From Candidatus Latescibacterota bacterium (GTDB taxonomy: Bacteria; Latescibacterota; UBA2968): 64,000 nucleotides of DNA. This document shows positions 17,859 to 28,946 of the stretch, one piece after another. The translations under genes were made by a program, and so were the position numbers. The stretch is taken from contig OZ240241.1 of the NCBI GenBank assembly GCA_965198115.1, forward strand, positions 8,320,001-8,384,000. Reading direction: 5' to 3'. Within the stretch, counting starts at the first letter, position 1. Every line of letters begins with the position of its first letter. The notes beneath the pieces are model-generated. The model did not search any database. It had not been told where the DNA came from and saw only the letters and a program-made list of their open reading frames with translations.

Positions 17859-20288
17859 ATGTTTCGCAACTACCTCTCAGTCGCACTCCGAAACTTCCTT
17901 CGATCGAAGCTCCAGTCGACGCTCAGTGTCCTGGGGCTGACGATCGGGTTCGCGAGTGCGATCGCCATCCTGGTCTACGTTCAATTCGAGCTGAGCTACG
18001 ACAGCTTCCATCCGGATGCCGACCGGACCTATCGGATTCTGCGCGACCAGAGGGAAGACACCCGCTCGGTCACGAGTCCCGGAACGTCGGGCGCCCTGGC
18101 ACCGGCCTTGATGAAGGAAGTCCCGGAAGTCGAGGTCTCGACGAGGTGGCACACGTGGACATCAAACTGGGCGAAGAGGCCTGGCGAGGTCGTGACGAAG
18201 CCCGCTCGCCCGGTGGCGTGGGTCGATGCGAACTTCTTCAAAACGCTGGGGTTCGAGATGGTTTACGGAGATCCGACCACGGCCTTGCTGGACCCGGGGT
18301 CGCTTGTCATCTCGACGGACGCGAGCGCCCTTTTCTTCGGCTCCGAAAACCCGATCGGAAAGACCCTCGTCCTCGAAAACGCAATGGGACTGGGGGACCG
18401 CACGATCACGGGTGTCTACCGTCTGCCCCGGAATTCCTCGCTACGGTTCAACTTCCTCATGCCGGGATCTCCCCGGGGGTTTCAGTTCAATGCGTGGCAG
18501 CCCGAAGGAGGAGGGGCGATGGCCTGCCACACATTCGTGAAACTACGTCCCGGCACCTCCCTGTCGCAGCTGACGGATCGTCTTCACGACCTGATGGAGC
18601 GCCACATGGGCGCGGAAGTCCGGGCACGTGATCGCTATCGTCTCCAACCGATCGAGGACATTCACCTCTATACCGAGGCGAAGTTCCGGGGCTCGAGCCA
18701 GAACAGACGTGTCCAGCACGGAAACGCGCAGACGGTCTACACGCTGATGGCCATTGCTTTCCTGATCGTGCTGATCGCCGGCGCCAACTTTACGAACCTG
18801 GCGATGTCACAGTCGATGCAGAGAACACGCGAAGTAGGCATGAGGAAGGTGTCGGGGTGTTCGCGGGGCCAGATCATCGGGCAGTTTGTGGGGGAGGCTG
18901 TTCTCCTGGCGCTGGTTTCCCTGCTGCTGGCAGTTGGCATCGTGTTAGTCGTTCTGCCGGAGTTCGCTGCGTTCGTGCAACGGGATATCTCCTTGAGCCT
19001 GGGCTGGTTGTCTACCGGTGCATTGCTCTTGCTGGCGGTGGGAGTTGGCACCGTTGCTGGATACTTGCCAGCTCTTTTCCTCGCGTCATTGGATCCGGTC
19101 GCTGCGCTGAAGGGGACCCTGAATGAATCGTCGTGGGGGGGTGTCTTCACGAAGGGTCTGATCGTTTTACAGTTCGCGATTTCGGTATGCCTCGCCGTTG
19201 GATCGGTCGTCGTCTACCAACAGTTGCGGCACATGCAGATACGACCTCGGATTCAACGACAAGCAGTTGATTCGGCTGCCCCTGTTCGACCGGGACATGG
19301 GCAAGCAGTCGGACTGGGACAAGCTGCTCGCCCACCGCTACGGAGGCGTGAAACGGACGTTCCTGGATCACCCATACGTTTTGTCCGCAACAGCCTACTA
19401 CACGCCCATGGGAGAAAAGAGGACAGCGGGCAGGTACACTGCGGAGGACGGGCGAGAAATCATCGCCCACACGCAGCACGCGGACCCGAATTTCGTCTCG
19501 ACGTTTCAGATCGAGTTGTTGCAGGGCTCAGTCTACAAGAGGGCTCAGGTCGACGGTGAGTTCGAGATTCTTGTGAACAAGACGCTCGTGGAGTCGATGG
19601 GCTGGTCGATCGAGGATGCCGTTGGGAAGGTCCTCAGCGAGGTAGATGGAAATGTAGGAAGAGGGACCATCGTCGGCGTCGTGCAAGACTTTCACAGCGA
19701 GGCGTTACGCGATCCCGTGCCACCGTTCGTGATCACGAACCGGTCTCGCACCTACGAATACATCGCGGTTCGGTTCGATGGCCGGCACCTCCGGGAGGTG
19801 ATGAGTTTCCTCGAAGAGAAGTGGTATGACTATCTCCCTACTCACCCGTTCGAATACGAATTCGTAGACGAGGCCTTCGATCGACTATACCGCGAGGAAG
19901 AGCGATGACTCGCCTCGTAGGCACGTTCGCGGGTATCGCTATCTTCATCGCCTGTATCGGGCTTTTCGGTCTCGCCTCGTATCGCACGGAACGTCGGACG
20001 AAGGAGATCGGGATCAGACGCGCCGTTGGAGCCGAACGATGGCAGATCGTGGGCCTCGTCTCCGGCGAGTTCGTCAAGCTCGTTCTCTTGGCCACGATCA
20101 TCGCCTGGCCGGTTTCGATCGTGCTATCCGACGCCTGGTTGAGCGACTTTGCTTATCGAAAAGATCCCGCCTCCTGGCTCTTCCCTGCAATCGGCGCGGC
20201 CGCTCTCCTCCTCGGGCTGCTGACAGTTATCTATCACTCCATCCGTCTCGCCTCAACGGATCCGGCTCAGACGCTTCGCGACGAGTGA
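17859..20288 (+). CDS. Duplicated MacB/FtsX ABC permease, paralog 4 (divergent; frameshifts near 19240 and 19903)
   Basis: MFRNYLSVALRNF, ANFTNLAM...REVGMRKVSG, VLQFAIS, GVVQDFH, KEIGIRRAVGA, DPAQTLRDE across three ORF pieces. Confidence 0.9.
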
Positions 20289-20353
20289 TGAGCGCGTGAC
20301 GTGAGTGTAGGAACTTTGGTCACTGGTCACCGGTCAATCTTCTGTTCGTCTCG

Positions 20354-20745
20354 ATGTTTCTGCTCACAGTGATCGCCACCGCCACCGATCTCGATTCCAT
20401 TCGAGTTCAGACTTTGGTCTTCGCCAAAGTCGACGGCTACGCCCCCGTCGTCCCCGTCCCAGCCGAACACGCGATAGGATCATACGATATTGAGAAGACC
20501 CCGCGCTGGCTGAGGGTCAAGCCCTCACCGGTCGTTGATGGCGAGCCGATCGTCTCTCACCACACCTTCTACTCCGCGTTCGTTGGAGCAGACGTCGGAT
20601 ACAACGTGATGCTCTCCCGCCGAAATACGGTGAAGAAGGCACGCGCAGATATCCGGTCGTCTACCTGTTGCACGGAGGAAGAGGGAACGAGTATTCGAAT
20701 GTGCCGATGAGTGGAAGCTTCACGATCCCGGTTTCGGAATCGTGA
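20354..20745 (+). pseudogene. N-terminal remnant of a putative esterase (alpha/beta hydrolase)
   Basis: HHTFYSAFVGADVGYNVML, frameshift, then PPKYGEEGTRRYPVVYLLHGGRGNE; truncated before any GxSxG. Confidence 0.6.
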
Positions 20746-20869
20746 TCGACAATCAGGACCAAACCCCTGAGGAGACGGCTGATCTGATCGCCAACTACAT
20801 CAAGGATGGAGCGACCGAGGTGAAGCCCTTCTGAGATCTTCCGGTAGAGGTTGGGCCGAGGGGTGCGCT

Positions 20870-21687
20870 TCAGGTCGTAGTAGCAACCGGCGGCAGCTTC
20901 CTGATCCCGAGCCGCTCTGACCAAGTTGAAAAGGTCTCGCGCGGCCCGACCCACCTCAGCTCTTCGACGTCGTCGAAGACGTCGGCGTCGGACCGGAGGG
21001 TTGCCAGCTCCCGGAACAGAAGGGCATGGTGTCGATTGCCCTCCCCCATGACGTCGGGCGGAAAGCGGTCGATCGATCCGTATTTCTCGAGCAGCCGCGC
21101 CGCCGTTTTCGCTCCGATTCCGGTGATGCCTGGGAAGCCGTCCGCCGAGTCACCCACGAGCGCGAGGTAATCGGGAATCTGTTCGGGGTCGACGCCGAAT
21201 TTTACGCGAACTCCAACGGCGTCCCGGATGATGTTCTTTCGCCGGTCGATTTGAACGACCCGGTCCTCCCGAACGCACTGCGCCAGGTCCTTGTCCGGCG
21301 TCCAGATGCACACCTTCTCGGCCCGCTCGTCCTCCTCCGCACGGTGCGCAGCCGAGCACAACGCGTCGTCCGCTTCCAGCTCCACCATCGGCCAGACCTT
21401 CACGCCCATCGCCTCGAGCGCTTCCTCCAGCGGTTCGAACTGGGCCCGCAGTGCCGGATCCACCCTTCCCCGGTTTTGTAGCCAGGCCAGAGGGCATTCC
21501 GGAACGATTCGATCACGTGGTCAGTCGCGACCCCGACGTGTGTAGCGCCGTCTTCGATCATTTTCAGAACGGTGCCCAAAACGCCGCGCACCGCCCCGAG
21601 CGGCCTGTCTTCGCCCTCAGTCCCTCGGCGAATGCCGTAGAAGTGCCGAAACAGCTCATAGGTTCCGTCAATCAGATGGATGATCAT
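20870..21687 (-). CDS. Stand-alone 5'-3' exonuclease/flap endonuclease (PolA N-terminal-like), frameshift near 21470
   Basis: HLIDGTYELFRHFY, ESFRNALWPGYK, EADDAL, TPDKDLAQ, LALVGDSADGFPGITGIGAKTA. Confidence 0.9.
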
Positions 21688-21746
21688 GTCACAACCCCAA
21701 AATGTTCCGTGTTCTATCTTCCATCTTCAATGCATAATGTTCTGTC

Positions 21747-22949
21747 TTAAATCTTCGATGCTACAGCCTTGCTCTCCAGCCACTCCTTCGTCACTTCGAT
21801 CCCGAACCCGGGCGCATCGCTCGGCGTCACGAAGCCGTCCTTGATCACCGGTGTGCCCGGAAGGACGACCCTTTCCTCGAGCGGAACACCGGGTGGCGAT
21901 ACGCCCTCCGAACGTTCCCCCCACAGGATCGCCGGCATCGCATAGGACAAGTGCTGGCCATACGGATAGTTCATTCCGCCGTGAGCGATGACCGTCAGGC
22001 CGTGCGCCTCCGCGATATGGCAGATTCGGACCAGCGCCGTAATGCCGCCCGCCCAGGCGACATCGGGTTGCAGGATGTCCACCAGACCCTGTCCGGCCGC
22101 CAGTGCGAAGGGGTGAATCGTATACCAGTGTTCGCCGGTCGCCAGAATCTGCTCCGGTACCCGCTGGCGGACTTTGACATAGCTGTCCATGTCCTCGGGA
22201 AGCAGATAGTCCTCCAGCCACTTCAGCCGGTAGGGTTTTAGCGCTTCGACGAGCCGCACCACATACTCGATATTGAAGGACATCCAGGCATCGAGCATAA
22301 GCTCGACGTCGTCCCCGATCTGCTCTCGCGTTCTCGCGACCAGCTCCTCCGTTTTGCGGATTCCTTCAATGTCTGACTCGGGCCCGTAGCGCGCGAAGAG
22401 CTTCACCGCTTTGAATCCCAGTTCCAGGAACCATTCGATGCTGTTCTCTGTACCGTATGAGAGGATCGTGTTGCTGGCGTAGCAGAAAATCTTCTCCTTC
22501 TGCGGCCCTCCCAGCAGGTTGTAGACCGGACATCCCAGCAGCTTCCCCTTGAGATCCCACAACGCGTTGTCGACCGCGCTGATCGCATAGCTGGCCAGAC
22601 CGGCCGTGTGGTACTGGGCGGACGCCCGGCGCATCAGATCCCACGCCTTCTCGGTTCCCATACAGTCCTGACCCACCAGCAACGGCGCGAAATGGTCGTT
22701 GATCAGACTGATGACCGGGCCGCTGTTTGCCGTGAGGCCCAGACCCCACGTGCCGTCCTCCGCCGTGACCGTACACGCGACACGGCCCCAGCCCGGATTC
22801 CAATCGCCTCTCCTGAAGTCGGGATACCTCGCCATGGGACTGGTGAATCCGTCCGTCTCCAGTTGTGGCACGCGAGGCTCTGTTTTGGCCTCAAGCGTGA
22901 GGTCGACAACCGCGGCACGAATCTCTTTTATCTTCAAGTCAGCCTCCAT
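21747..22949 (-). CDS. Mandelate racemase/enolase-superfamily acid-sugar dehydratase (L-rhamnonate dehydratase-like)
   Basis: ISAVDNALWDLKGK, KAVKL, LMLDAW, WLEDYL, TGEHW, LQPDV, IAHGG, PGFGIE. Confidence 0.88.
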   Translation of the reverse strand: MEADLKIKEIRAAVVDLTLEAKTEPRVPQLETDGFTSPMARYPDFRRGDWNPGWGRVACTVTAEDGTWGLGLTANSGPVISLINDHFAPLLVGQDCMGTEKAWDLMRRASAQYHTAGLASYAISAVDNALWDLKGKLLGCPVYNLLGGPQKEKIFCYASNTILSYGTENSIEWFLELGFKAVKLFARYGPESDIEGIRKTEELVARTREQIGDDVELMLDAWMSFNIEYVVRLVEALKPYRLKWLEDYLLPEDMDSYVKVRQRVPEQILATGEHWYTIHPFALAAGQGLVDILQPDVAWAGGITALVRICHIAEAHGLTVIAHGGMNYPYGQHLSYAMPAILWGERSEGVSPPGVPLEERVVLPGTPVIKDGFVTPSDAPGFGIEVTKEWLESKAVASKI

Positions 22950-23140
22950 CCGGGTAGGCGAAACATGGACAGCCCCTTGATCCTGTTCGCAGAATCATTG
23001 GAGCAGTCGAGCCTGCAATGACTGCGAACAGATAGAAGAACCTTTCACTTGGCAATCGTCGAGGATACCATACCGTAAATATAAACGCGAGCGGCGGAAC
23101 AAGCAGGACCTGTGTGTACGGCGAAAAGCTGATGTCATAA

Positions 23141-23255
23141 CTACCACGACACCCTGCGCCCGTAGAAGTGCCGAAACAGCTCGTAGGTTCCATCGATCAG
23201 ATGTACGATCATGTCACGAGACCAAAATCTTCACATGTTCTATCTTCCATCTTCA
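23141..23255 (-). pseudogene. Diverged duplicate of the 5' end and upstream region of the flap endonuclease gene
   Basis: 23160-23255 aligns with 21635-21729; encodes MIVHLIDGTYELFRHFYG then diverges and stops (RRVSW*). Confidence 0.85.
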
Positions 23256-23313
23256 TTGTCCCTGCCGTACTTGAATCGATCCAGGAAGTGACGCGAACCG
23301 AAAGGATGAAAGC

Positions 23314-24219
23314 ATGTCGCAGCAGGAGTATCGCGTGGCACCGAATGGGTTCACACCCGAGCAGTGGGAGGAATTCACAACCGAGGGACTGCTCGTGATT
23401 GAGAACGCGCTGTCTCAGAACGAGATAGACTACTACCTCGAAGCCATCGACCGGTGCTGCGCCGCTGACGCGAGTTTCGACCCCGCGAAGTTCTACATGA
23501 CGGAAAACATCGTCGAAAGAGATCCGGCCTTCGCAGAGTTGATCGATCACCCCAGGCACGTCGGCTACGTGTATGACATCTACGGGGAACTGCTCAAACT
23601 GCACCTGTCACAGATCTTCATTCGCCCGCGTGACAGTGTTCACAACCATTGGCATCCCGACGGTGCACGCGTCGTGCCCTATGCGGTTTTCGCCCGGGAA
23701 TTGTCCCTTCAGGTGAAGGTCAGTTACTGGCTGACCGATCTGCCTTTTCCCGGAATGGGCAACTTCGTCTACATGCCGGGGAGTCATCGGTCTCAATACT
23801 CGGAGCACTACTGGACGCACGAGAGCGTGCCGGGTGAAAAGATACTCTGCGTACCCAAGGGGACGATGACGATGGTGCAGTGCAATACCTGGCATCGGGT
23901 CGAACCCAACGAGAGCGATGTGGTCCGGAAGAATCTCTTTCTGTCCTACTGTCCTTCCTGGATCTACGAGGGTGACCGCATCCAGTCTTCCCCAAATTGG
24001 CTCAAGACATTGAACCGGGAACAGCGCATCATCATGCGGAGCTATGCCTACGGCTATGACCGAGCCAAACCGCCCGTCGAAGACTTTCCGCTCTTTCTCG
24101 ACCGTGAGACCGGTTGTGAGTCTGATCCCGACGTCGATGACCGTATCCCATTGCAACAGCGCAAGCGTCGTACGATGCACGAAAAGCTGGGTCAACCGCT
24201 GGGAACGACGACGACGTAA
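23314..24219 (+). CDS. PhyH-family Fe(II)/2OG dioxygenase #1
   Basis: WHPDG, YWLTDL, MPGSH, TWHRV, RKNLF. Confidence 0.9.
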   Translation: MSQQEYRVAPNGFTPEQWEEFTTEGLLVIENALSQNEIDYYLEAIDRCCAADASFDPAKFYMTENIVERDPAFAELIDHPRHVGYVYDIYGELLKLHLSQIFIRPRDSVHNHWHPDGARVVPYAVFARELSLQVKVSYWLTDLPFPGMGNFVYMPGSHRSQYSEHYWTHESVPGEKILCVPKGTMTMVQCNTWHRVEPNESDVVRKNLFLSYCPSWIYEGDRIQSSPNWLKTLNREQRIIMRSYAYGYDRAKPPVEDFPLFLDRETGCESDPDVDDRIPLQQRKRRTMHEKLGQPLGTTTT

Positions 24220-24284
24220 CAGGGCGGTGTGGCAATTGAGGGAACGTCAGGCGCGCCCTGATCGGATGTAAAGCGAGTCGCTAC

Positions 24285-24440
24285 ATGCCCAATGCTTCCG
24301 TAGAAGGGTTGGAGCCCGAGCTGGTGAACCTGGCCGCGGACAGGCCGGGCCAGCTGAAGCTGATGCAGGACAGGTTGAGGGAGGAACTGGTGAGGTTGCA
24401 GGCACCGCCGGAGCAGCGTCAGCGGTTGGGATTGGACTGA
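24285..24440 (+). pseudogene. C-terminal remnant of a sulfatase-like gene
   Basis: 51-aa frame ...PELVNLAADRPGQLKLMQDRLREELVRLQAPPEQRQRLGLD* resembles sulfatase C-termini; no upstream body. Confidence 0.5.
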
Positions 24441-24501
24441 CCGCCACGAATAGACGTGACGGAATCGGAATCCTATTGCAACGATCGACAGAGGAGACAG
24501 A

Positions 24502-25362
24502 ATGGCAAAGATCAGGTTGGCGACGTGCCAATTTCTACTCGAGAAGCAACCGAGCATCAACCTCGCGCATATCAAACGCCAGATGCGGGCTGCCAAACGA
24601 AGGGGCGCCCATCTCATTCATTTTCCCGAGGCCTGCTTGACCGGCTATCTGGGCGCGGAATTGAAATCGGTGAGAGAAACCGATTGGGATGAAGTGCAAC
24701 AGTGCGTGGCCGACGTGAGGAAGCTGGCAACCGAGCTGGGTGTCTACGTCGTGCTCGGCTCCAATCACCAGTTGACGGGAAAACACAAACCGCACAATTC
24801 ACTCTACGTCATCGACGACAGAGGCCGTATCAGGACCCGCTACGACAAGCTTTTCTGCACCGGGTTCAGCGACAACGACGGCGACCTGAAACATTACAGC
24901 CCCGGCTCGGAGCTCATCACCTTTACGGCGCAGCGGGTGAAATGCGGCCTGCTGATCTGCCACGACTTCCGTTATCCGGAGCTGTTTCGGGAGTACAAGA
25001 AACGCGGCGTGCAGTTGATGCTGGCCTCTTTCCACAACGCCAACATGACCGCGAAGCAGTACCGGCATTATCAGATGTCCATTCCGGCAACGCTTCAGTC
25101 GGCAGCGGCCAGTAACTTCTATTGGGTCAGCTCCAACAACGGCACCCGCAAGTACGCGTGGCCCAGCCTCGTCATCAACCCGGAGGGTTGGATCGTCAAC
25201 AGAGCCCGCCCTCACCGGCAAAGTGTCCTCATCACCGATGTCGACACGGACGTGAAGCTTTACGATGCGTCCGCCGCGTGGCGCAAACGGTGCATGCGGG
25301 GTGTCCTCCATAGTGGCCGCGTCGTGAGAGACAGACGCTCGCGGGATCGCACCTGTGTGTAA
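24502..25362 (+). CDS. Carbon-nitrogen hydrolase (nitrilase/amidase family)
   Basis: E-K-C triad motifs FPEA, YDKL, ICHDFRYPEL. Confidence 0.92.
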   Translation: MAKIRLATCQFLLEKQPSINLAHIKRQMRAAKRRGAHLIHFPEACLTGYLGAELKSVRETDWDEVQQCVADVRKLATELGVYVVLGSNHQLTGKHKPHNSLYVIDDRGRIRTRYDKLFCTGFSDNDGDLKHYSPGSELITFTAQRVKCGLLICHDFRYPELFREYKKRGVQLMLASFHNANMTAKQYRHYQMSIPATLQSAAASNFYWVSSNNGTRKYAWPSLVINPEGWIVNRARPHRQSVLITDVDTDVKLYDASAAWRKRCMRGVLHSGRVVRDRRSRDRTCV

Positions 25363-25479
25363 AGGCGGAGATCACAAGCCCCAGTCGCGGCTCAGTTGAT
25401 CAACCGTTAACCGAGAAATTCCTATATTTGACGGGTCACTCCGGACCTGGCCCCGAAGCGTCATCCAATCGTAGAGCCC

Positions 25480-26394
25480 ATGGAACCCGACACTCGCTCC
25501 GAAGAATCCGAAGAAAAGGACCAGAAGAAAAATCGGCGTCCCCTGATCCTGGGGTTGACCGCCGCCGTTCTGGCATCCACGGTCCTTGGCGCAGTCGTGC
25601 TGACCCAGTTACAGCCGAAACCGAAAGCCATCAAGAAATCGGAGGGCTCGAAGAAGCGGGTAGAGAGAACCGCACCGGTGAAAAAGTACATCGCCCACGG
25701 CCGTCTGCATCCAAAAGGCGCCACCCAAGAGCGAGAAGCTGGGAAGCCAATTGAAAACCGCAAGACCACCCCTCGCCGCAAGGACGACCGAAAGGTCTCG
25801 GATCGGCTCGTTTCGAACGCCGAGACATCCCCGGCCGATTTCCTGAAGGGGGCCGATCCCGATCTGCAGAAGGACGTCGATGTCAAGACGACGGGAAACC
25901 GTATCGAGAGCGTCTCCATCGCCATCGATCCCAGCGCATCGGATGGAGAGATCATCGATAAACTACTCAAGATGAAGGACTTGCTCGACCTGAGCGACGT
26001 GGGCGATGTGTCCCAGATGACGCTGACCTTTAGCGATGGCCGACAGAACCTGGATCTGAACGTAGCCAACCTCGTCGAGGATTACGCAATCAAGACGATT
26101 CAATCGAGCTTTCGCTACATCAGCCCGCGGATCTACAAATCCGTCGAAGCCGAAGTCGACGCGGAGCAGTCACTCAACACGAGAGGGAAGGCGTTCTGGG
26201 AGAGAGTTCGGGTGAAGAAGGTGGTCGTGCACGTGAATGCCAGTAACTGGGACGCGGAGCCGCCGCAGGACAAGGTTAACCTCTTGAACGAAACCGTTCA
26301 GTACTTGAAGACGCTCTACCCACAGGTCACCCCCTTCCTCACGCTGAAGTTCGATGACGGAAGGAACGACCTGGAAATGAAATCCGTTCTGTAG
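25480..26394 (+). CDS. Hypothetical membrane-anchored protein with an internal duplication
   Basis: 304 aa; one TM segment near residues 22-42, Lys/Arg-rich linker, two similar blocks ending LTFSDGRQNLDL and LKFDDGRNDLEM. Confidence 0.75.
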   Translation: MEPDTRSEESEEKDQKKNRRPLILGLTAAVLASTVLGAVVLTQLQPKPKAIKKSEGSKKRVERTAPVKKYIAHGRLHPKGATQEREAGKPIENRKTTPRRKDDRKVSDRLVSNAETSPADFLKGADPDLQKDVDVKTTGNRIESVSIAIDPSASDGEIIDKLLKMKDLLDLSDVGDVSQMTLTFSDGRQNLDLNVANLVEDYAIKTIQSSFRYISPRIYKSVEAEVDAEQSLNTRGKAFWERVRVKKVVVHVNASNWDAEPPQDKVNLLNETVQYLKTLYPQVTPFLTLKFDDGRNDLEMKSVL

Positions 26395-26467
26395 ATCGCG
26401 CTTTACGAACGAGGTGTCACTTTGACGGTCGCAGTCGCGAGCCAGGACATTCTGCTGACCGTACATC

Positions 26468-26500
26468 AAATGCTCCTCCCTGGACTTGCAGGAGGGGCAT
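26468..26500. terminator. Hairpin between convergent genes
   Basis: ATGCTCCTCC...GGAGGGGCAT stem preceded by a short A run. Confidence 0.4.
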
Positions 26501-26525
26501 CGTCATAGGCCCCGAGTCGGGAGAC

Positions 26526-27166
26526 TCAGAGAACGGGTGTCAAAGCCAACAGCTCGTCCAGTTTCGCTTCCAGTTTCGAGGTTGATGTAGAGGGTGGCCA
26601 GGGCGCAGCCGCTGCAATCAGCCTCGTTCGGAACATCCCCAATCGGTCCACGCCGCGTCGGATGTTCCTCGACACAGTCCCCTCCTCGTTCCAGCTGGCC
26701 GATGGCTTGAATCCGCCGAATCGCGTGGGACCCACATCGAAACTGCAGGCCATCGGGCGCGAAAGAGGTTTGAATCGGGGCCAGGTGACACCGCCGGCTG
26801 AGGGCCAGGGTGCCGAAGGCATCGCGCCGAGGCTTTCGCGTAGGCCTCGAGTCCGCCGCGATGCGTCACCCATGAAAAAGGACTGGAGAAGTAGCCGAAT
26901 AACGGTCCTCGATCTTCGGGCGGTATTCCGAAGTCTGCCTGAGCCTCTTGCCACCGGTCCTCGACGCACGGCCAAATCTCCTCGTAGAGTCGCTTGAAAG
27001 CCTTCTCGTTCGGTCCCAGAGCCCCGTTCCTATCCCCCCCGACGGGTATGATGTGTGGGAACAGATCGAAGAAGAGTCGGTCTCGGCGATCCACGATGCG
27101 CTTACGCTTCTCAAGGATCATCGCAAACAGGTCGGGAACCCCGTCGAGATTTACTTTCGTGAGCAC
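26526..27166 (-). CDS. Hypothetical protein, probably frameshifted
   Basis: Protein-like N-part (MLTKVNLDGVPDLFAMILEKR...) and C-part (...KLEAKLDELLALTPVL*) in different frames. Confidence 0.45.
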
Positions 27167-27288
27167 ACAATTCGTGCGAATAACGGGATAGGAACATCCA
27201 GAAGATCTCGAGCGATCTGGACGTTGTAGATGCCCTCGAGCACATCCCTAAGCGGCCGGCCACTGAAGTCGCAAGCAGGAGATCACGC

Positions 27289-28894
27289 ATGAAAGGCGTC
27301 GTCGTTGCGCCCCAACCCATGGCTTCAGAGATCGGTGCCCAAGTGCTCGAGCAGGGCGGCAACGCATTCGATGCCGCTGTGGCAGCCGTTGCGGCCCAGA
27401 TCGTATTCGACCCGTTCATGTGCGGACTTGGCGGCTGGGGCTGTGCGACCGTCTACGACGCACGCACTGGCGCAACCGAAAGCCTCGGGTTCTGGCCAAC
27501 GATCGGCGAACGGATGTACCCGGAAATCTGGACAGACGATGTGCGTGGCTATACCGACATCTGGCACTTCGCCCTGTTCGATGACTTCCGCAACATCCTC
27601 GGCTACCAGGCGATCATGACCCCTGGAACAGTCGCAGGCCTCGGCGAGCTGCATCGACGCTATTGCACCCGGCCGTTAGCCGAGCTTCTTCAACCTGCCA
27701 TTGAATGGAGCGCCCAGGCTATCCCATTCCTGAGTACGTGGCCGGGTTCCTTCGGGAGCAGATAATCCAGGGTCTGCCTCACCCGAGCCGTCGTGCCCAA
27801 TGCACCCCCGCGGTCCGAGCCCTGTGGCAGAAAGCCGATGGCGAGCTCAAGGGGCGGGGCGATCTCTACAGCAATCCCGATCAGGCACGTACCTTCGAGC
27901 GGATAGCTCGGCACGGTCCGGACGACTTCTACCGCGGTGAATTGGCCGACATCATCTTACGCGACTTCGAGGAAAACGACGCCTTCGTCACGCGGAACGA
28001 CCTTGAGGATTATCGGGTGCGAGACGACTCCCCGATTCAGGGCACCTACCGCGACTGTGACGTGCACACGTCTCCCCTGCCAGGTGGCGGTCTTCTCCTG
28101 CAGCAGATGCTGAATGTGCTCGGCTTTTTCGACCTGTCCACCCTGGAGCACAACGGACCTGAGCACGCCTACATCATCGCCGCCACCCTCTCCTGGGCGG
28201 GCGTGACCCGGTTCCGGCATCTGGCCGATCCTCGGTTCTGGGATGTGCCGGCGGAAAAGCTTCTCTCGAGTGAGCACGCCGAGGAAATCGCGGATCGCAT
28301 CAGGCGGCGCGAGTTGCCCGATCAGACAGCACTTAACGCGCCCGGCCATACGACACACCTGTGCGTTGCAGACGAACAGAATAACTGCGTCTCCATCACA
28401 CACACCCTGACCACCTGCAGCGGCGTCGTCGTTCCGGAAACAGGGACGTTTTGGAACGATTGTGTGGCACTGATGGATCCCGTTCCTGGCCGCCCCAACT
28501 CCTACGTGCCGGGAAAGGCACGTGCGAGCGCCATTTCTCCCACGATCCTCTTCCGCGATGACAAACCCTGCATGGTCGTTGGTGCGCCGGGAGGCTGGTC
28601 GATCACGTCCGCCGTTCTGCAGACGATTGTCAACGTCGTGGATTTCGGAATGTCCCCCACCGAAGCCGTTTCGGCACCGCGCTTCCACAGCGAAGGCCAG
28701 CCCGTCTACTGCGAAATGCGCATCCCGCAGGCCACCGTAACGACACTGCGGAGCCAGGGCGTGCAGGTTGAGCAGCTGTCCTACAACTACGCCCCGTCTT
28801 TCGGTAGGCCCAGTGCATTGTCATCGACCAGGATGGCTTTCGCGCGGCCTCGGATCCGCGAAAGGATGGCGGGACGGCGGTTTACGCGCGATAG
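27289..28894 (+). CDS. ggt: Gamma-glutamyltransferase family protein (frameshifts near 27712 and 28810)
   Basis: GGNAFDAAVA, DPFMCGLGG, TPGTVAG, DFYRGELA, nucleophile motif HTTHL, GAPGG, APRFH, ASDPRKDG. Confidence 0.9.
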
Positions 28895-28946
28895 GAACCT
28901 ACGAATTCGAGACACATGCCCAGACACTCCATGAAGGGAAGGGCCC

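Noticed and set aside
8547-20288. Diversity-generating retroelement acting on the permease paralogs
   Set aside because: No reverse transcriptase, no TR/VR pair, and differences are not adenine-specific
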